Assembly: GCF_964204645.1 (NCBI RefSeq)
Contig: NC_134032.1
Location: 11,582,275 to 11,646,274, forward strand
From: Tubulanus polymorphus
Taxonomy: Eukaryota > Animalia > Nemertea
Length of the DNA stretch: 64,000 bases
Reading direction: 5' to 3'
Under the pieces are notes generated by a model. The model saw nothing but the letters and a program-made list of their open reading frames with translations. It did no database searches and was not told where the DNA came from. Below, one piece after another: positions 39,548 to 52,900 of the stretch. Position 1 is the stretch's first letter; each line of letters begins with the position of its first letter. The translations under genes were made by a program, and so were the position numbers.

Positions 39548-40281
39548 TAATTTGAATCCTTAATAGTTTCTTGGGAATGTCTGTGTATCCCTAGAAACCT
39601 GTCTATTCCTAGAAGTATATGTATTCCTAGACACCGTGTGTTTTCCTAGAAACCTGTGTCACCTTCCTAGCTGTGCTTTCTAGCTGATAGACATATTTTC
39701 CTGCCAGTTTCACTCTAAACATATTTTACGATTAATTAATATGCAACAGATATTTGATTATAATTTCGTAACAATAAAACTTTCCCAGTAAAGCGTGTTA
39801 AACACTGGTGTTTATGAAAAATAATAATCATATTTTAATCTAAGTCGAGAACTCATGGCAGCATTAGGCCGGTGCGTTGATTTATTATTCAATTTGAAAG
39901 TTACTGAACGTAAACACATTTTCGTGATGTAAAAAGTAATTTTGCGGGCAGATTTTACGAGATTCAACTATTTAAACTGAAGATGGAATTCATCATGTCC
40001 CAAATAATTTCCCGTCACTTGCTGCCCCTATATACAACGATAGCGGCGAACAAGGGAACTAAATCGAATCGAGACAATTCCTACTGTGGCATGCGAATAA
40101 TAAATTAGTTCGCATATTCGTCGTCAACGATAGGAGCAGCACTGGACGGTTAAAATTTCGCACATGTAAGGCCTACACAAGAAATCTTTTTGACGAGTTG
40201 CTTGCTTTCCACTGGATTTGTAAAATGTAACCGAGAAACGCGATACGATCGAATCAAATCTCTGTTCAGCTTTTATAGCCA

Positions 40282-40484
40282 CACAGGGGTTCGTATCAGA
40301 GTTGTAGGTAATGTAAAAACGATAATCTGTTAATCCAATGTATATAGTATATATTATGTTAAAATAACAAGGGGGCTAACGACGCTCACACTACTCAACT
40401 TCAACTATTTTATATATACTATATACATTGGATTAACAGATAATCGTTTTTACATTACCTACAACTCTGATACGAGCCCCTGTG
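40282..40484. mobile_element. CACAGGG-terminal foldback MITE with ~70-bp near-perfect arms, inside putative exon 1 of unit 4
   Basis: cacaggggttcgtatcagagttgtagg.. / ..cctacaactctgatacgagcccctgtg; flanks tttatagcca / tttatagcac. Confidence 0.8.
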
Positions 40485-40605
40485 TTTATAGCACGACGAT
40501 AAGTCTTGAATCCGAGTAAAAACATTCATTAAAAAAGGGACACTATGCAGTCCTACAGTACCAGTACACCGCTACGCTACAAGTACTGTACTGACACTGT
40601 ACAAC

Positions 40606-40881
40606 CACAGGGACTTGTCACAATTGATAGTGAATGAATAAAACCAATATCAATGACCAGGTCCACTATCCCTGTATAATATAAAAAGTCTTCTAGGTTG
40701 TATTAAAGCTTATTTCATGTGAATCGGTTGAGCATTTTTGGAATTACAGTCGATTGAAGTGGAGAAGTCATTGTCAGATTGAAAATTTGTTGCCACCCTT
40801 GTTATTTTATTATACAGTTGCAGGGATACTGGTACCCCCATCATTGGTCTCATCCATTATCAATCGTGACAAGTCCCTGTG
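40606..40881. mobile_element. CACAGGG-terminal MITE with 8-bp TSD
   Basis: cacagggacttgtcacaat / atcgtgacaagtccctgtg; TSD tgtacaac. Confidence 0.8.
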
Positions 40882-41396
40882 TGTACAACCCAACCAGTGT
40901 TAACATTTTCCTGTCTGGAAGACAGATTGTTATATTTTGAGTAGGCATAATCAGTGCACTCTCCACTCTCAGATGTGCTGGTGAGCAGAGGTTCATTCTC
41001 TGTTCATTAACAAAACTATCATTCTCTGCTCTGGTGAATACAAGTTTTTGTTGTCGGACCCTGCTTTAAAGAACAAGTTCATGATTCCAACAAGTATAAA
41101 AAATCCGATAAAATAGGAATCTTTTAGGGTAGACTAGAGCATTTGTAATAAAATGATTATTTAGGCCTACTGGGAACAATATATTTTGATAAGTAGGGCT
41201 GATTAAAGAGATATCAAAAATGGTCATCGGTATTTAACAGTATTGTTTTCCAAAATAGTTAATAAAGGTTATTGTGGGTTTTAAAGTGATATGTAAGCTT
41301 AATCCTTCTGCATCTACCTCGCATCATTCTGAAGATTGACGGTGCAACTGAAGATCTAGGCATTGTACTAGAATTAGAAAGTGAAGATTTATGTGC

Positions 41397-41748
41397 CAGG
41401 GGTGGATCTAGAGGCAGACAATGACAGGAGCACAGAATTAAAAAAAGGGCAATTCATTAGAAAAAGCACTATTCATGACAGGTGAGCGCCGAAGGCGCGA
41501 AGCGTTCGCGGGGGGTCTGGGAGACTTCCCCCAGAAAATTTTTGAATTTCAGCCCATTTTAATGCAATTTCCAGGCACCTGAGACACAAAAATGACATTC
41601 TGCAACAATGATGGGAATTTATTAATATGGGAACAATGAGGAAAATGAAATTAATATGGAAAAAATTTTTTCGCACTTTTTCAAAAAGGGCACTCAGAAT
41701 TTGCGACAGGAGCATGGCTCCGCGTGCTCCCGTCTAGATCCGCCCCTG
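41397..41748. mobile_element. Non-autonomous DNA transposon with 5-bp TSD (hAT5-like)
   Basis: TIR caggggtggatctaga / tctagatccgcccctg; TSD tgtgc; empty site tgtgcaaggg at ~11036. Confidence 0.8.
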
Positions 41749-41838
41749 TGTGCAAGGAATTTTATATCTTCCAAAGCCTAAACTAAATTTCTTCAATTTT
41801 CAGAAGTTAGATAGGATTGATAGAGAAGTGACATTAAG

Positions 41839-41986
41839 ATGTTGCTGTTGGAAGGTGTTGAGGTGCACGTACCCGAGGATGCATTTAAAAGTTGTTTGCG
41901 TCGACACATGGATTGGTTAGATGAATTAGTTATTGATGCTGATGATAATACCTGGTTAAGATGGATGTCTCAACGTCAAACTAAAG
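41839..41986 (+). CDS. Constant exon A, unit 4 (exon starts 41804)
   Basis: 49-aa peptide; donor G|gttcgt. Confidence 0.87.
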
Positions 41987-42443
41987 GTTCGTCTTCAAAA
42001 ATATTTCTTCAAAATTTTCATCCATAAAGAGAAATGGTACGGTAGGATGGATGGGGTTAAATTGGCTAAATCGTAATCATTTTGTTTAAGAATGGATGGG
42101 GTATAATTGGTTAACTTTGCAACTACAGGTGGTTTGACTTATCCCCTTAAGTAAAACCCTTAAAAAATTGTGGGGTAGAAATTGACTTAATCTTGCATGT
42201 TAACTGATGAAAAGATACCTTTGAAATAATCGAATGGAGTGAGTAAAGATTCTTTGAAATGTAACTGGGTACTATAGGCAGTACCGTCGATTAAAAAAGA
42301 ACATGAAACTGGACCCCTCAAATATTTAAGAATTACCCTTAAATACCCTCAAATTTTGAGATGACTGACCTGTAGGAACCCCGGTAAAAGTTAAAAATAT
42401 ATTGATAAGTTCCCTTTAGTCATTTTGTTATTTGTATATGCAG

Positions 42444-43181
42444 GTCAGAGAAGAGAACCTCATATACATTTGATGTCTGAAGATGGAAACACAATGTACA
42501 AGGACGCTAATCGACAAAAAAGACATTTTGAAGTACAAAGCCAAATGATAACCGTTGATCAGCAAGTTTCTAATGCCGCGAAACGTCACAGAACAGGTGC
42601 AGCTGTACCGGGGACGTTACCGCAGCAACGAGTTCAACAATCACTATCAATGACCGCCAGCAGTAGTAATCTCGATACTCAGTTTCAACAACAGAGGACG
42701 CCACTGTTTACTAGACAAACATCAACCGTTGAACCAGCTCCATCTGGTTGTGAATCGCTCAGAATATCGGTACCATCAGGAATGGACTTGAAACCATCGG
42801 TTACCAACGTCGCATCGCAGCAACATTTGAATGATTCGCAGAATGTTGTGTCGTCAATGGCAACAGCTCCGGTCAGTTGCGTTCCATCGTTCGAACAATT
42901 AGAACTGTTCAACAGCGCCACCAGTGGTGCAAATATGGAACTTAAATACAGCGAACAATTATCTGATACAAATACCACTGATATCAATAGACTTCCAATC
43001 CAACAATCTCATCATCACCTGGGTAACGGAGAAATCATAGGCGTTAAAAGTGAATCCATTAAAATAGAACCGGTTGAAATATTATCAGGAAGTGACAATG
43101 ATGAAGATTATTCAACTCAACAGATCATACAACAACAACATGATCCACAACCGGGAACCAGTGACACTGTTAATCATACAG
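42444..43181 (+). CDS. Constant exon B, unit 4 copy a
   Basis: tatgcag|GT CAG ... acaG|gtaggt, phase 1-1. Confidence 0.85.
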
Positions 43182-43611
43182 GTAGGTGTGGAAAGCAATT
43201 TTTATCAATCTGATTATCATTTTTCAAAAAGCAAGCATCTTAATAAGCGTTCGAGTTTTGCCATATTAATTGAATTCAGAATTTTTGAGGTTTTTGTTTT
43301 ATTGGTTTTTTGCATCATGAAAGAGTTCGTGTTAAATATCCTTTTTGTTGATTTCGAAAGAAAAATATCTGATGATTATTTGACATCAAAAGATAATTTT
43401 TTACCGATCTGAGGTTTTTGTTGCTCGTCCGATGCAGTAAACCACCTCTCAGTCTGATTGGAACACCCCAAAATCGTAGAATGCCCAAACTGAAGCCTTG
43501 CCACTGGAGGCAATCTTAGTGTCATACCCATAATATTGTATGATCAGAAATATGTAAAGACTGCCGATGTGCCATAAATTAAAATCTTGATTCTCTCATC
43601 ACTCTTTGTAG

Positions 43612-43808
43612 GTGTCCGAGACAACATGCCCTGTGTACAACAGCCGTCTGTTAGATTAAGCGGTCTGCCGTCCCAGGAGGTCAGCACTGAAGATCGATTG
43701 ATACCGATGAAGAGTAGTGAGTACAACTCTGGAAAATTGGCGGGTAATGAACCAATGCAAACAGGCAAAAGACAGTTTAAATGTCGGGGATACTCATGTA
43801 TCTCATGA
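43612..43808 (+). pseudogene. Variable exon truncated by the tandem-duplication junction (no complete finger)
   Basis: ctttgtag|GT GTC; homologous to the 5' end of 46835; joins intron A-B sequence near 43820. Confidence 0.75.
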
Positions 43809-44109
43809 TAGATACTCATGAAAAAATTGTGGGGTAGAAATTTGCTTAATCTTGTTAACTGATGAAAAGATACCTTTGAAATAATCAAATGGAGTGAGTA
43901 AAGATTCTTTGAAATGTAACTGCGTACTATAGGGAGTACCATGGGTTAAAAAAAACATGAAACTTGACCCCCTCAAATATATAAGAATTACCTTTAAATA
44001 CCCTCAAATTACCCTCAAATTTTGAGATGACTGACCTGTAGGAATCCCAGTTAAAGTTGAAAATATATTGATAAGTTCCCTTTAGTCATTTTGTTATTTG
44101 TATATGCAG

Positions 44110-44847
44110 GTCAGAGAAGAGAACCTCATATACATTTGATGTCTGAAGATGGAAACACAATGTACAAGGACGCTAATCGACAAAAAAGACATTTTGAAGT
44201 ACAAAGCCAAATGATAACCGTTGATCAGCAAGTTTCTAATGCCGCGAAACGTCACAGAACAGGTGCAGCTGTACCGGGGACGTTACCGCAGCAACGAGTT
44301 CAACAATCACTATCAATGACCGCCAGCAGTAGTAATCTCGATACTCAGTTTCAACAACAGAGGACGCCACTGTTTACTAGACAAACATCAACCGTTGAAC
44401 CAGCTCCATCTGGTGGTGAATCGCTGAGAATATCGTTACCATCAGGAATGGACTTGAAACCATCGGTTACCAACGTCGCATCGCAGCAACATTTGAATGA
44501 TTCGCAGAATGTTGTGTCGTCAATGGCCTCAGCTCCGGTCAGTTGTGTTCCATCGTTCGAACAATTAGAACTGTTTAACAGCGCCACCAGTGGTGCAAAT
44601 ATGGAACTTAGATACAGCGAACAATTAACTGATACAAATACCGCTGATATCAATAGACTTCCAATCCAACAATCTCATCATCACCTGGGTAACGGAGAAA
44701 TCATAGGCGTCAAAGGTGAACCCATAAAAATAGAACCGGTTGAAGTGTTATCAGGAAGCGACGATGATGAAGATTATTCAACTCAGCAGATCATGCAGCA
44801 ACAACATGATCCACAACCGGGAACGAGTGACACTCTTAATCATTCAG
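44110..44847 (+). CDS. Constant exon B, unit 4 copy b
   Basis: Near-identical to 42444-43181; both splice sites intact. Confidence 0.8.
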
Positions 44848-44869
44848 GTAGGTGTGGAAAGCAGTTTTT

Positions 44870-45080
44870 GGTAAAAGTGCACATCCGCAACTCTCGGCGT
44901 AGATGGTTCAATCAATTACATTAAATATCATTGTTTCAGATTCAAAATGTCATCAGCATTTCAGTACATTGCGATTGCTATTGGTTAAGTTTTAAGATAT
45001 CTTCACTAGAAAGATTTTAGCCTGGATTCTGTCATTCAGTAGATTGTGTCAATCACGAGGTGCAGATCTGCACTTTTACT
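44870..45080. mobile_element. TIR element inserted just after the exon B donor
   Basis: gtaaaagtgca / tgcacttttac; absent from paralogs at ~43195 and ~46308; degenerate ~8-bp TSD. Confidence 0.7.
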
Positions 45081-45481
45081 CAATTGTTATCAATCTAATT
45101 ATCAATTTTTTAAAAAGCAAGCATCTTAAATAGCGTACGAGTTTTGCCATATTTATTGAATTCAGAACTTTTGGGGTTTTGGTGTCATGAAAGACTTTGT
45201 GGTAAATTTCCTTTTTGTCGATTTTGAAAGAAAAATATCTGATGATTATTTGACATCAAATGATAATTTTTTACCGATCTGTGGTTTTTGTTGCTCGTCC
45301 AATGCAGTAAACAGCGTCTCAGTCTGATTGGAACACCCCAAAATTGTAGAATGCCCAAACTGAAGCCTTGCCACCGGAGGCAATTTTAGTGTCATGCCCA
45401 AAATATTGTATGACCAGAAATATGTAAAGACTGCCGATGTGCCATAAATTAAAATCTGGATTCTCTCACTACTCTTTGTAG

Positions 45482-45657
45482 ATGTCGAAAACGAACCACT
45501 GCCGTCGGTTAGATTAAGCGGTCTGCCGTCCCAGGAGGTCAGCGCTGAAGGTCGATTAATACCGATGAAGAGTAGTGAGCACAACTCTGAAAAATTGACA
45601 GGTAATGAGCCGATACAAACCGGCAAAAAACAGTTTAAATGTCCGAAGTGCGAGTGA
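45482..45657 (+). pseudogene. Truncated variable exon (stop in finger 1)
   Basis: ctttgtag|AT GTC; KQFKCPKCE*. Confidence 0.75.
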
Positions 45658-46026
45658 TGTTTCGCGCAGTCTAAAAGCTGTAAACAGCACTTAGAATGTA
45701 CTCATGTATCTGATGATACTCATGGAAGATACTCATGAAAAAATTGTGGGGTAGAAATTGGCTTAATCTTGCAGGTTAACTGATGAAAAGATACCTTTGA
45801 AATAATCAAATGGAGTGAGTAAAGATTCTTCGAAATGTAACTGTGTACTATAGGGAGTACCGTGGGTGAAAAAAAAGTGAAACTCGACCCCAATATTTAA
45901 GAATTACCCTTAAATACCCTCAAAATTACCCTCAAATTTTGAGATGACTGACCTGTAGGAACCCCGGTTAAAGTTAAAAATATGTTGATAAGTTTCCTTT
46001 AGCCATTTTGTTATTTGTATATGCAG

Positions 46027-46293
46027 GTCAGAAAAAAGAACCTGCAAATATGGAACTTAAATACAGCGAACAATTAACTGATACAAATACCGCTGATATC
46101 AATAGACTTCCAATCCAACAATCTCATCATCACCTAGGTAACGGAGAAATCATTGGCGTTAAAAGTGAACCCATAAAAATAGAACCGGTTGAAATATTAT
46201 CAGGAATTGACGATGGAAGAGATTATTCAACTCAACAGATTGTACAACAACATGATCCACAACCGGGAACGAGTGACACTGTTAATCATACAG
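46027..46293 (+). CDS. Constant exon B, unit 4 copy c (large in-frame internal deletion)
   Basis: tatgcag|GT CAG AAA AAA GAA CCT joined to GCA AAT ATG; donor acaG|gtaggt. Confidence 0.75.
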
Positions 46294-46523
46294 GTAGGTG
46301 TGGAAAGCAATTTTTATCAATCTAATTATCATTTTTCAAAAAGCAAGCAACTTAATAAGCGTTCGAGTTTTGCCATATTAATTGAATTCAGAATTTGTGA
46401 GGTTTTTGTTTTATTGGTTTTTGTGTCATGAAAGATTTTGTGTTAAATTTCCTTTTTGTCGATTTTGAAAGAAAAATTATCTGATGATTATTTGACATCA
46501 AAAGATAATTCTCTACCGATCAG

Positions 46524-46631
46524 GACCCAGTTCCACAGTTGTGAGTTAGAGTTAACTCTGAGTTAAAGTTAGTTCATTTTCAATGTTTTAACCAAGGGTC
46601 AAATCTTAACTCATAACTGTGGAACTGAACC
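46524..46631. mobile_element. 108-bp PIF/Harbinger-like MITE
   Basis: Flanked by cag/ctg (CWG); empty site accgatctgtgg at ~45273. Confidence 0.85.
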
Positions 46632-46834
46632 CTGTGGTTTTTGTTGCTCGTCCAATGCAGTAAACAGCCTCTCAGTCTGATTGGAACACCCCAAAATTGT
46701 AGAATGCCCAAACTGAAGCCTTGCCACTGGAGGCAATTTTGGTGTCATACCCAAAATATTGTATGATCAGAAATATGTAAAGACTGCCGATGTGCCATAA
46801 ATTAAAATCTGGATTCTCTCACGACTCTTTGTAG

Positions 46835-47523
46835 GTGTCCGAGACAACATGCCCTGTGAACCACTGCCGTCGGTTAGATTAAGCAGTCTGCCGTCCCAGG
46901 AGGTCAGCACTGAAGGTCGATTAATACCGATGAAGAGTAGTGGGCACAACTCTGAAAAATTTACGGGTAATGAGCCGATACAAACCAGCGAAAAACAGTT
47001 TAAATGTCCGAAGTGCGAGCGATGTTTTGCGCAGTCTAAAAGCTGTAAACAGCACTTGGAAGATACTCATGAAAAACCATTTAAATGTCCGATGTGCGAT
47101 CATCATTTTTCAAAGTGCTCAAAGCGTAATAAGCACAGGAAACGTGTTCATACGAATGAAAAATTTAAACCATTTAAATGTAAGTTTTGCGATAAAGTAA
47201 TAGAATGTTGCGAGAAATGGGAGCCACACGAGCGTAAACATCTGGGCGAAAATCCGTTTAAATGTCGCAGGTGCGAGAAATGTTTTCCGGATGTATGGGC
47301 GCGTAAACGACACGTGAAAACCGTTCATAAAAAATCATTCAAATGTCAGTTTTGCGAAAAAGAGATAAAATCTCACGAGGAATTGAAGAAACACGAGCGA
47401 TTGCACGTGCACGCCAAACTGTTCCAATGTTTGATGTGCGAGCAACGTTTTACGCATAAACGTAGTCGCAAATTCCATATGAAAAGCATTCATAAAATCG
47501 ATGCAAACACAATCAATGTCTAG
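46835..47523 (+). CDS. Variable terminal exon, 6 fingers, intact (paralog of 37997)
   Basis: Acceptor gattctctcacgactctttgtag|GT GTC CGA, phase 1. Confidence 0.88.
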
Positions 47524-49364
47524 ATGAATCAATGTGAAATGGCTAGTCAAAATGGCTCGTCGGGGATTAACACAACATTTTCAAGTTATTTCAAAATCGA
47601 ATGTATTCAAGTAGTAATTTTAAAAAAAGAAGTTTTAGTTAGAAAGTTACCACTTCTGAAATTCTCTTTTCAAGGATAATTTTTTTTCAATCGTACAAAA
47701 TACGGTATTTGAGAGTAATGTCATATATTCTTGTTTTTGACCTGTAAAGAACTGAGAAGAGTTTTTTTCCGCATGATAACCTTTTTTTTCGTGATGAATA
47801 GTTATTTGTCGGCTGCAACGTGTTCATATTATTCAAGAGATGTTAAGATGGGATAAATAGATATTCGATTCATAACCAAATTTTGATTGTTTATTGTTTT
47901 TGTGAGCTCTCTATTCCTGATCGATACAGTTGACTCCGTTCGCCTAACTTGGTTCTATTTGGTCCTGGATTGTTTGACTGAGTTAACCGAAAACTGACTC
48001 AGAGATCGGGTTATTTTAGGATTTTTACGCCAGGGATCAGAAAGAAGTACGGTATGGAATTTCACCGATGCAGCTGGTTTGCCAAGTAGGGCGGAGTTTA
48101 CGGTAGTTTGAACACTTGGAGTTTCTGGGAGATTTCTGTGTTCTCACTAGAAACCTGTGAATTCGAAAGTTCCTGAATTTCCAATTCGAAAGTTCCTGAA
48201 CTTAAACACACTTTCATGATGTAAAAAGTACTATACATTGAGACAAAGATTCAACCATATACTTCTACATTTAAACTAGAGATGGAATTTATCATGTTCC
48301 AAATAATTTCCGGTCATGTGCTGCCCCTATATACAACAATAGCGGCGAATACAGAAACTAACTCGAATGGAGACTATTCCTACTGTGGCATGCGAGTAAG
48401 ATATTAGTTCGCATATTCGCCGTCAACGATATGTATAGGGGCAGCACTGGACGGTTACGATTCGCACAGGTTAGGGCTACAAGATATTTTTGACGAGTTG
48501 CTCGCTTTTCACTGGATTTGTAAAACGTAACCGAGAAACGCGATACGAGTGATTGCATCGAATTAAATCTCAGTTCAGCTTTTATCAGCTTATAGCATGA
48601 TGATATAAGTCTTGAGTCTGAGTAAAAAAGTCCTTGATAGTCATTTAAAAAGAAACACTATCATAGTCACAAAGTCGAAGTCAACACCTATAATATGAAC
48701 TCTTCCACTGCCGCACTGCCACTGTCAGTCCTCTGTAGCTTAGATCATCCATTATACCTGGTACTAACCAGGGATACTGGATGATCTAAGCTACAGTTCA
48801 CCCCCAAACTTCAAATGCGAGCCCCTGTGACTGTGTCCTACCTTGCTCCTAATTTTTACTGTCTAGAAGACAGATTGTTATATTGGTTATATTTTGAGTA
48901 GGCATAATCAGTGCACTCCCCACTCAGATGTGTTGGTGAGCAGAGGTTCATTAACTCTGTTCATTAACAAAACTCTAGCATTCTCTGATGAATTGAATAC
49001 AATTTTTTGTCGTCGGACCCATTGCATTGCTATTTAGTTCATAATTCACCAAGAACCTTAGTGTCTGATGTACGACATGTTGGTTACATTAGGATAGAGT
49101 GACGGAGATCACTGGTGGAGACAACCGCTGCCAGTGCTGGGTGAAATAATTTCAAGTATGAAAAATCAGCTTGTTAAATAGATCCTTCTGCCTGTGCCTC
49201 ACTTCATTCTGAGGATTGATGGTGCAACTGAAGATCTAGGCATCGTACTAGAATTAGAAAGATACAGTGAGGATTTGTATGTGGGATTATAGAACTTCTA
49301 AAGACTAAACGAAATTTCTTCAATTTTCAGAAGGTAGATTGATAGAGAAGTGAGTGACGTTAAA

Positions 49365-49512
49365 ATGTTGCTGTTGGAAGGTGTCGAGGTGCATGTACGC
49401 GAGGATGCATTTAAAAATTGTCTGCGTCGACACATGGATTGGTTAGATGAATTAGTTATTGATGCTGATGATAATACCTGGCTTAGATGGACGTCTCGAC
49501 GACAAACAAAAG
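49365..49512 (+). CDS. Constant exon A, unit 5 (exon starts 49331)
   Basis: 49-aa peptide; donor G|gttcgt. Confidence 0.87.
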
Positions 49513-49889
49513 GTTCGTCCCGAAAGAACTCGCCTTAAATTCATTTTTTCTGGGTTTTGGAGAAATGATAGGGTGGCAGGCTAAATTGGCTAAATCTTAA
49601 AAAGGTCCTTGAAAATATTTTATCTACAAATGGAAGGATTTGAATACTTTGATAATGCACCAGTTGCTTTGATTCATTTGTCGAAATCTTTGAATAATTG
49701 TAGCTGGGTAAAAAATGACTAAATCTTGTTAGTCAACTACCTGGTAATGAAAATATACCTTCTGAAATAATACTGAGTGATTAAGAACAATCAGAAATCA
49801 ATTTACAAAGTGCACATTAAGAAATAAAGGGTTCAAGTTGTGTCTGAATATTGATAAGTTACCGGTAGATGTGATTATTGTTTATGCAG

Positions 49890-51230
49890 ATCAGAGAACA
49901 GAACAAGATATAACAATAGATCAAATGTCTGGAGATGGAAGCGAAACACCCGCTGCAAGTCAACCAAAAACCAGACAAAAAAGACGATTTGAAGTTCAAA
50001 GTCGAACAAAAACTGTTGCTCAGAACGTTTTAAAAACTGTGAGACGTCGTAGAGGAGGTGCAGCTGTACCGGGGGCGTTACCGCAGCAACGAGTCCAATC
50101 ACAAACATTGACGGACAGCAGTGGTAATCTTAATACTCAGTTTCAACAACAGAGGACGCCACTGTGTACTAGACAAACATCACCCACTGAACCAGATCCA
50201 CCTGGTGGTAAATCACCGAGAATATCGTTACAATCAGAAATAAACTTGATACCATCGGTTACCAACGTTGAATCGCAGCAACAATTGAATGAATCAGAAA
50301 ATGTTGTCTCGTCGACAGAGACACCTGCGGAACAATTAGATTTGACCGGTCCAGAAATCTTGTCAAGCGCCGAAATTGAATCTACTTTAGACAGTATTAA
50401 CAACGCACAGGTAGAATCTGACAATCCTACGATTCCCAACAATTCAATTGACTACGGTCAACACCAGACGACATCGCCACGTATTAAACAAAAATCACCC
50501 GTAAAACTGGCTCCACCTGTTGCTGAGTTGCCAAAGATATTGTTACGATCTGGAATCAACTTGAAACCGTCGAGTACGTACATCGTATCGCAGAAACAAT
50601 TGAATAAATCGGAAAGTGTGTCGTCGCCGGCAACAGCTCCGGTCAGCTCAGCATCGGCGGAATCTCTCGATTTCTCAGGTTTTGGTTTGACTGTTTGTGA
50701 AATTTTATCGTGCACCGAAATTGAATCAACTTTAAAAAGTATCGAAAATGCTGCGAAGGAATCAGACATTTCTACAGTCCCAAACGATGCAAACGTTGAT
50801 GCAGCATCGACGAATAAAAATCAGACTAACGTTGAACAGCCCAGTGAAAGTGGATTATCGACACCACCGCCCCCGGCGGTCTCCAGCTGCGATAATACGT
50901 TAGAACAATTAGAATCGGTCGTAAATTCCGCTCCGTCGTTCGAACAATTAGAAATGTCTAGCAGCGCCACCGGTGGCGAAAACATCGAACCAAAATATAG
51001 CGAACAATTAAATGATACGAATACCGCTGATATCAATACGCTTCCGGTCCAACAATCACGTCATCACCAAGGTCACGGAGAAGTCGGCGACGTTAAAAAT
51101 GAACCGATGAAAATTGACCCAGTTGAAATATCCTCAGGAAGCGACGATGATGAAGATTATTCAACTCAACAGATCGTACAACAACAACATGATCCACAAC
51201 CGGGAACAAGTGGCAGTTTTAATCATTCAG
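49890..51230 (+). CDS. Constant exon B, unit 5 (internal duplication of ~110 aa)
   Basis: ttatgcag|AT CAG ... tcaG|gtaggt; the QQRTP..EILSSAEIESTL block occurs twice. Confidence 0.87.
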
Positions 51231-51952
51231 GTAGGTGTTCACTGCAATTTTATCCATGAAATATCTCTAAACCAGTAAATTGTTGCTCATTTGGGGATTT
51301 TGCATTCGCTCTTCATCAGTTCGTCTGTCCGTGGACAGAAAGCAGTTATTATGGAAAGTTTTGAAGTCGCTTCAAATAGGTTGTCTTATATCATATAATT
51401 GATGCTGATATTTATCTTAATGATATTTGGTTTTGACCAGAAAAACCAAAAACTCGAAAAACTGATTGATCGAGGCTAATAGGATTGATGCGAGATTAAG
51501 TGATATTACAGCGACAATACATGTATCTTTGATAACAGAATATGAATATGAATTTATTTTCACTACAAATAACAATTATATACAATACAAAGATTACGTT
51601 AGATCACATTTACATACACTGTACATTGAATGTGAAGGACACACCAAGAGCCGTAAGGCTGTTTAATATCGTGGATTAGATTTATCCAGTCGCAGCGTGT
51701 GTGTCTTAGTCCGTGTCAACGTGTGTGTCTTTTAGTGTGTCCAGTATTAAGTGTGGGTATCTATAGGGCCTACAAAAGGAATTCCATTAGCTATACTAGG
51801 TTGTATCTTGAGTGGTGATATTGAAAGGGTTAATGAATTAGTTTTCTAGGTTAAGAATATGTTGGCTAGTGTTCGTATTATACGGCAACAAGATTTCATT
51901 TAGTCGATCATCGAAATCTTAAATCGTCGTGTCTCCTGGTTTGTATTTAAAG

Positions 51953-52210
51953 ATTCTAATCGAAAAGAAGATGACGTCGGTGACGCGGTTGAGGATGAAA
52001 GTGAGGATGATTACGTTCCCGATGAAGTTAGTGCCAGCGATCGTGAAAACGACACCGACGCCAAAAGCGAAGCGATCCCTGTCGTCAGGAGCCGAGTCAA
52101 TCGTCGGAATAATAATCGGCGGAATAACACGAATCATAATACAGCGAATATGGAAAATGATGAACAGATGAAGGCCTTTAAGTTGAGACTTAAATTGCAG
52201 ACACGTAACG
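51953..52210 (+). CDS. Exon 1 of a non-C2H2-array terminal cassette (acidic, ..EDESEDDYVPDE..)
   Basis: tttaaag|AT TCT (phase 1), open to AAC G|gtgagt (phase 1). Confidence 0.7.
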
Positions 52211-52403
52211 GTGAGTTTAGCTTCTTTGTGGCCAACATTTATGTGGCCAATAATTATTGCCCTTCTTGTCGGGTGCTACCCCTCAATATAAGCTCTGGAT
52301 CCGCCTCTGAACAAACTATGATGTTGCATGCGTAATCTCCATAGAATGAACATGTATTTGTGTTAACATGATTCTATTTCTCTGTTTTCTCTCCTTACTA
52401 TAG

Positions 52404-52630
52404 TCACCATACCATTATACCCTCAGTTGGACAACGGCGCCAGGTGTTATAGCAAGTTGGATTACTGCCTTTTCTGTGGCTGGTCGTTCACATCGAAAAT
52501 ATCTGCTCATCTTAGAAATATGCATTTCGATGAGCCACAAGTGCAAAAGGCACTATCGCTTCCTTTCAAAGAGAGGAACCTCGCGTTTCTTAAAATGCAA
52601 AATGAGGGAAATTTCATGCACAACGTTAAG
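52404..52630 (+). CDS. Exon 2 of cassette: YCLFC..ISAHLRNMH..EGNFMHN Zn-binding module
   Basis: ccttactatag|TC ACC (phase 1) to AAG|gtaaat (phase 0). Confidence 0.78.
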
Positions 52631-52900
52631 GTAAATAAAAACAGTTGAAAAGTAGTCTTGTAGTTCATGGCATATTCTATGTTTGTGGTTATAACTTATA
52701 AGGTCATTTGTTTTTGTGAAGAGGTATTGTAAAGTGTAGTTGTCTCTCTTCCTGAACGCTTATGGCAAATATTGGCGTCTCATGTTGGTGCTGAAATGCA
52801 TGTAGAATTGAAACTAACGCCACAAGACTTGAAAAGTTGTAATAATCATTTTTTGAAAAAAAATAGAATCTCTTGCAAACATTTTTGTTGCTGATTTTAG

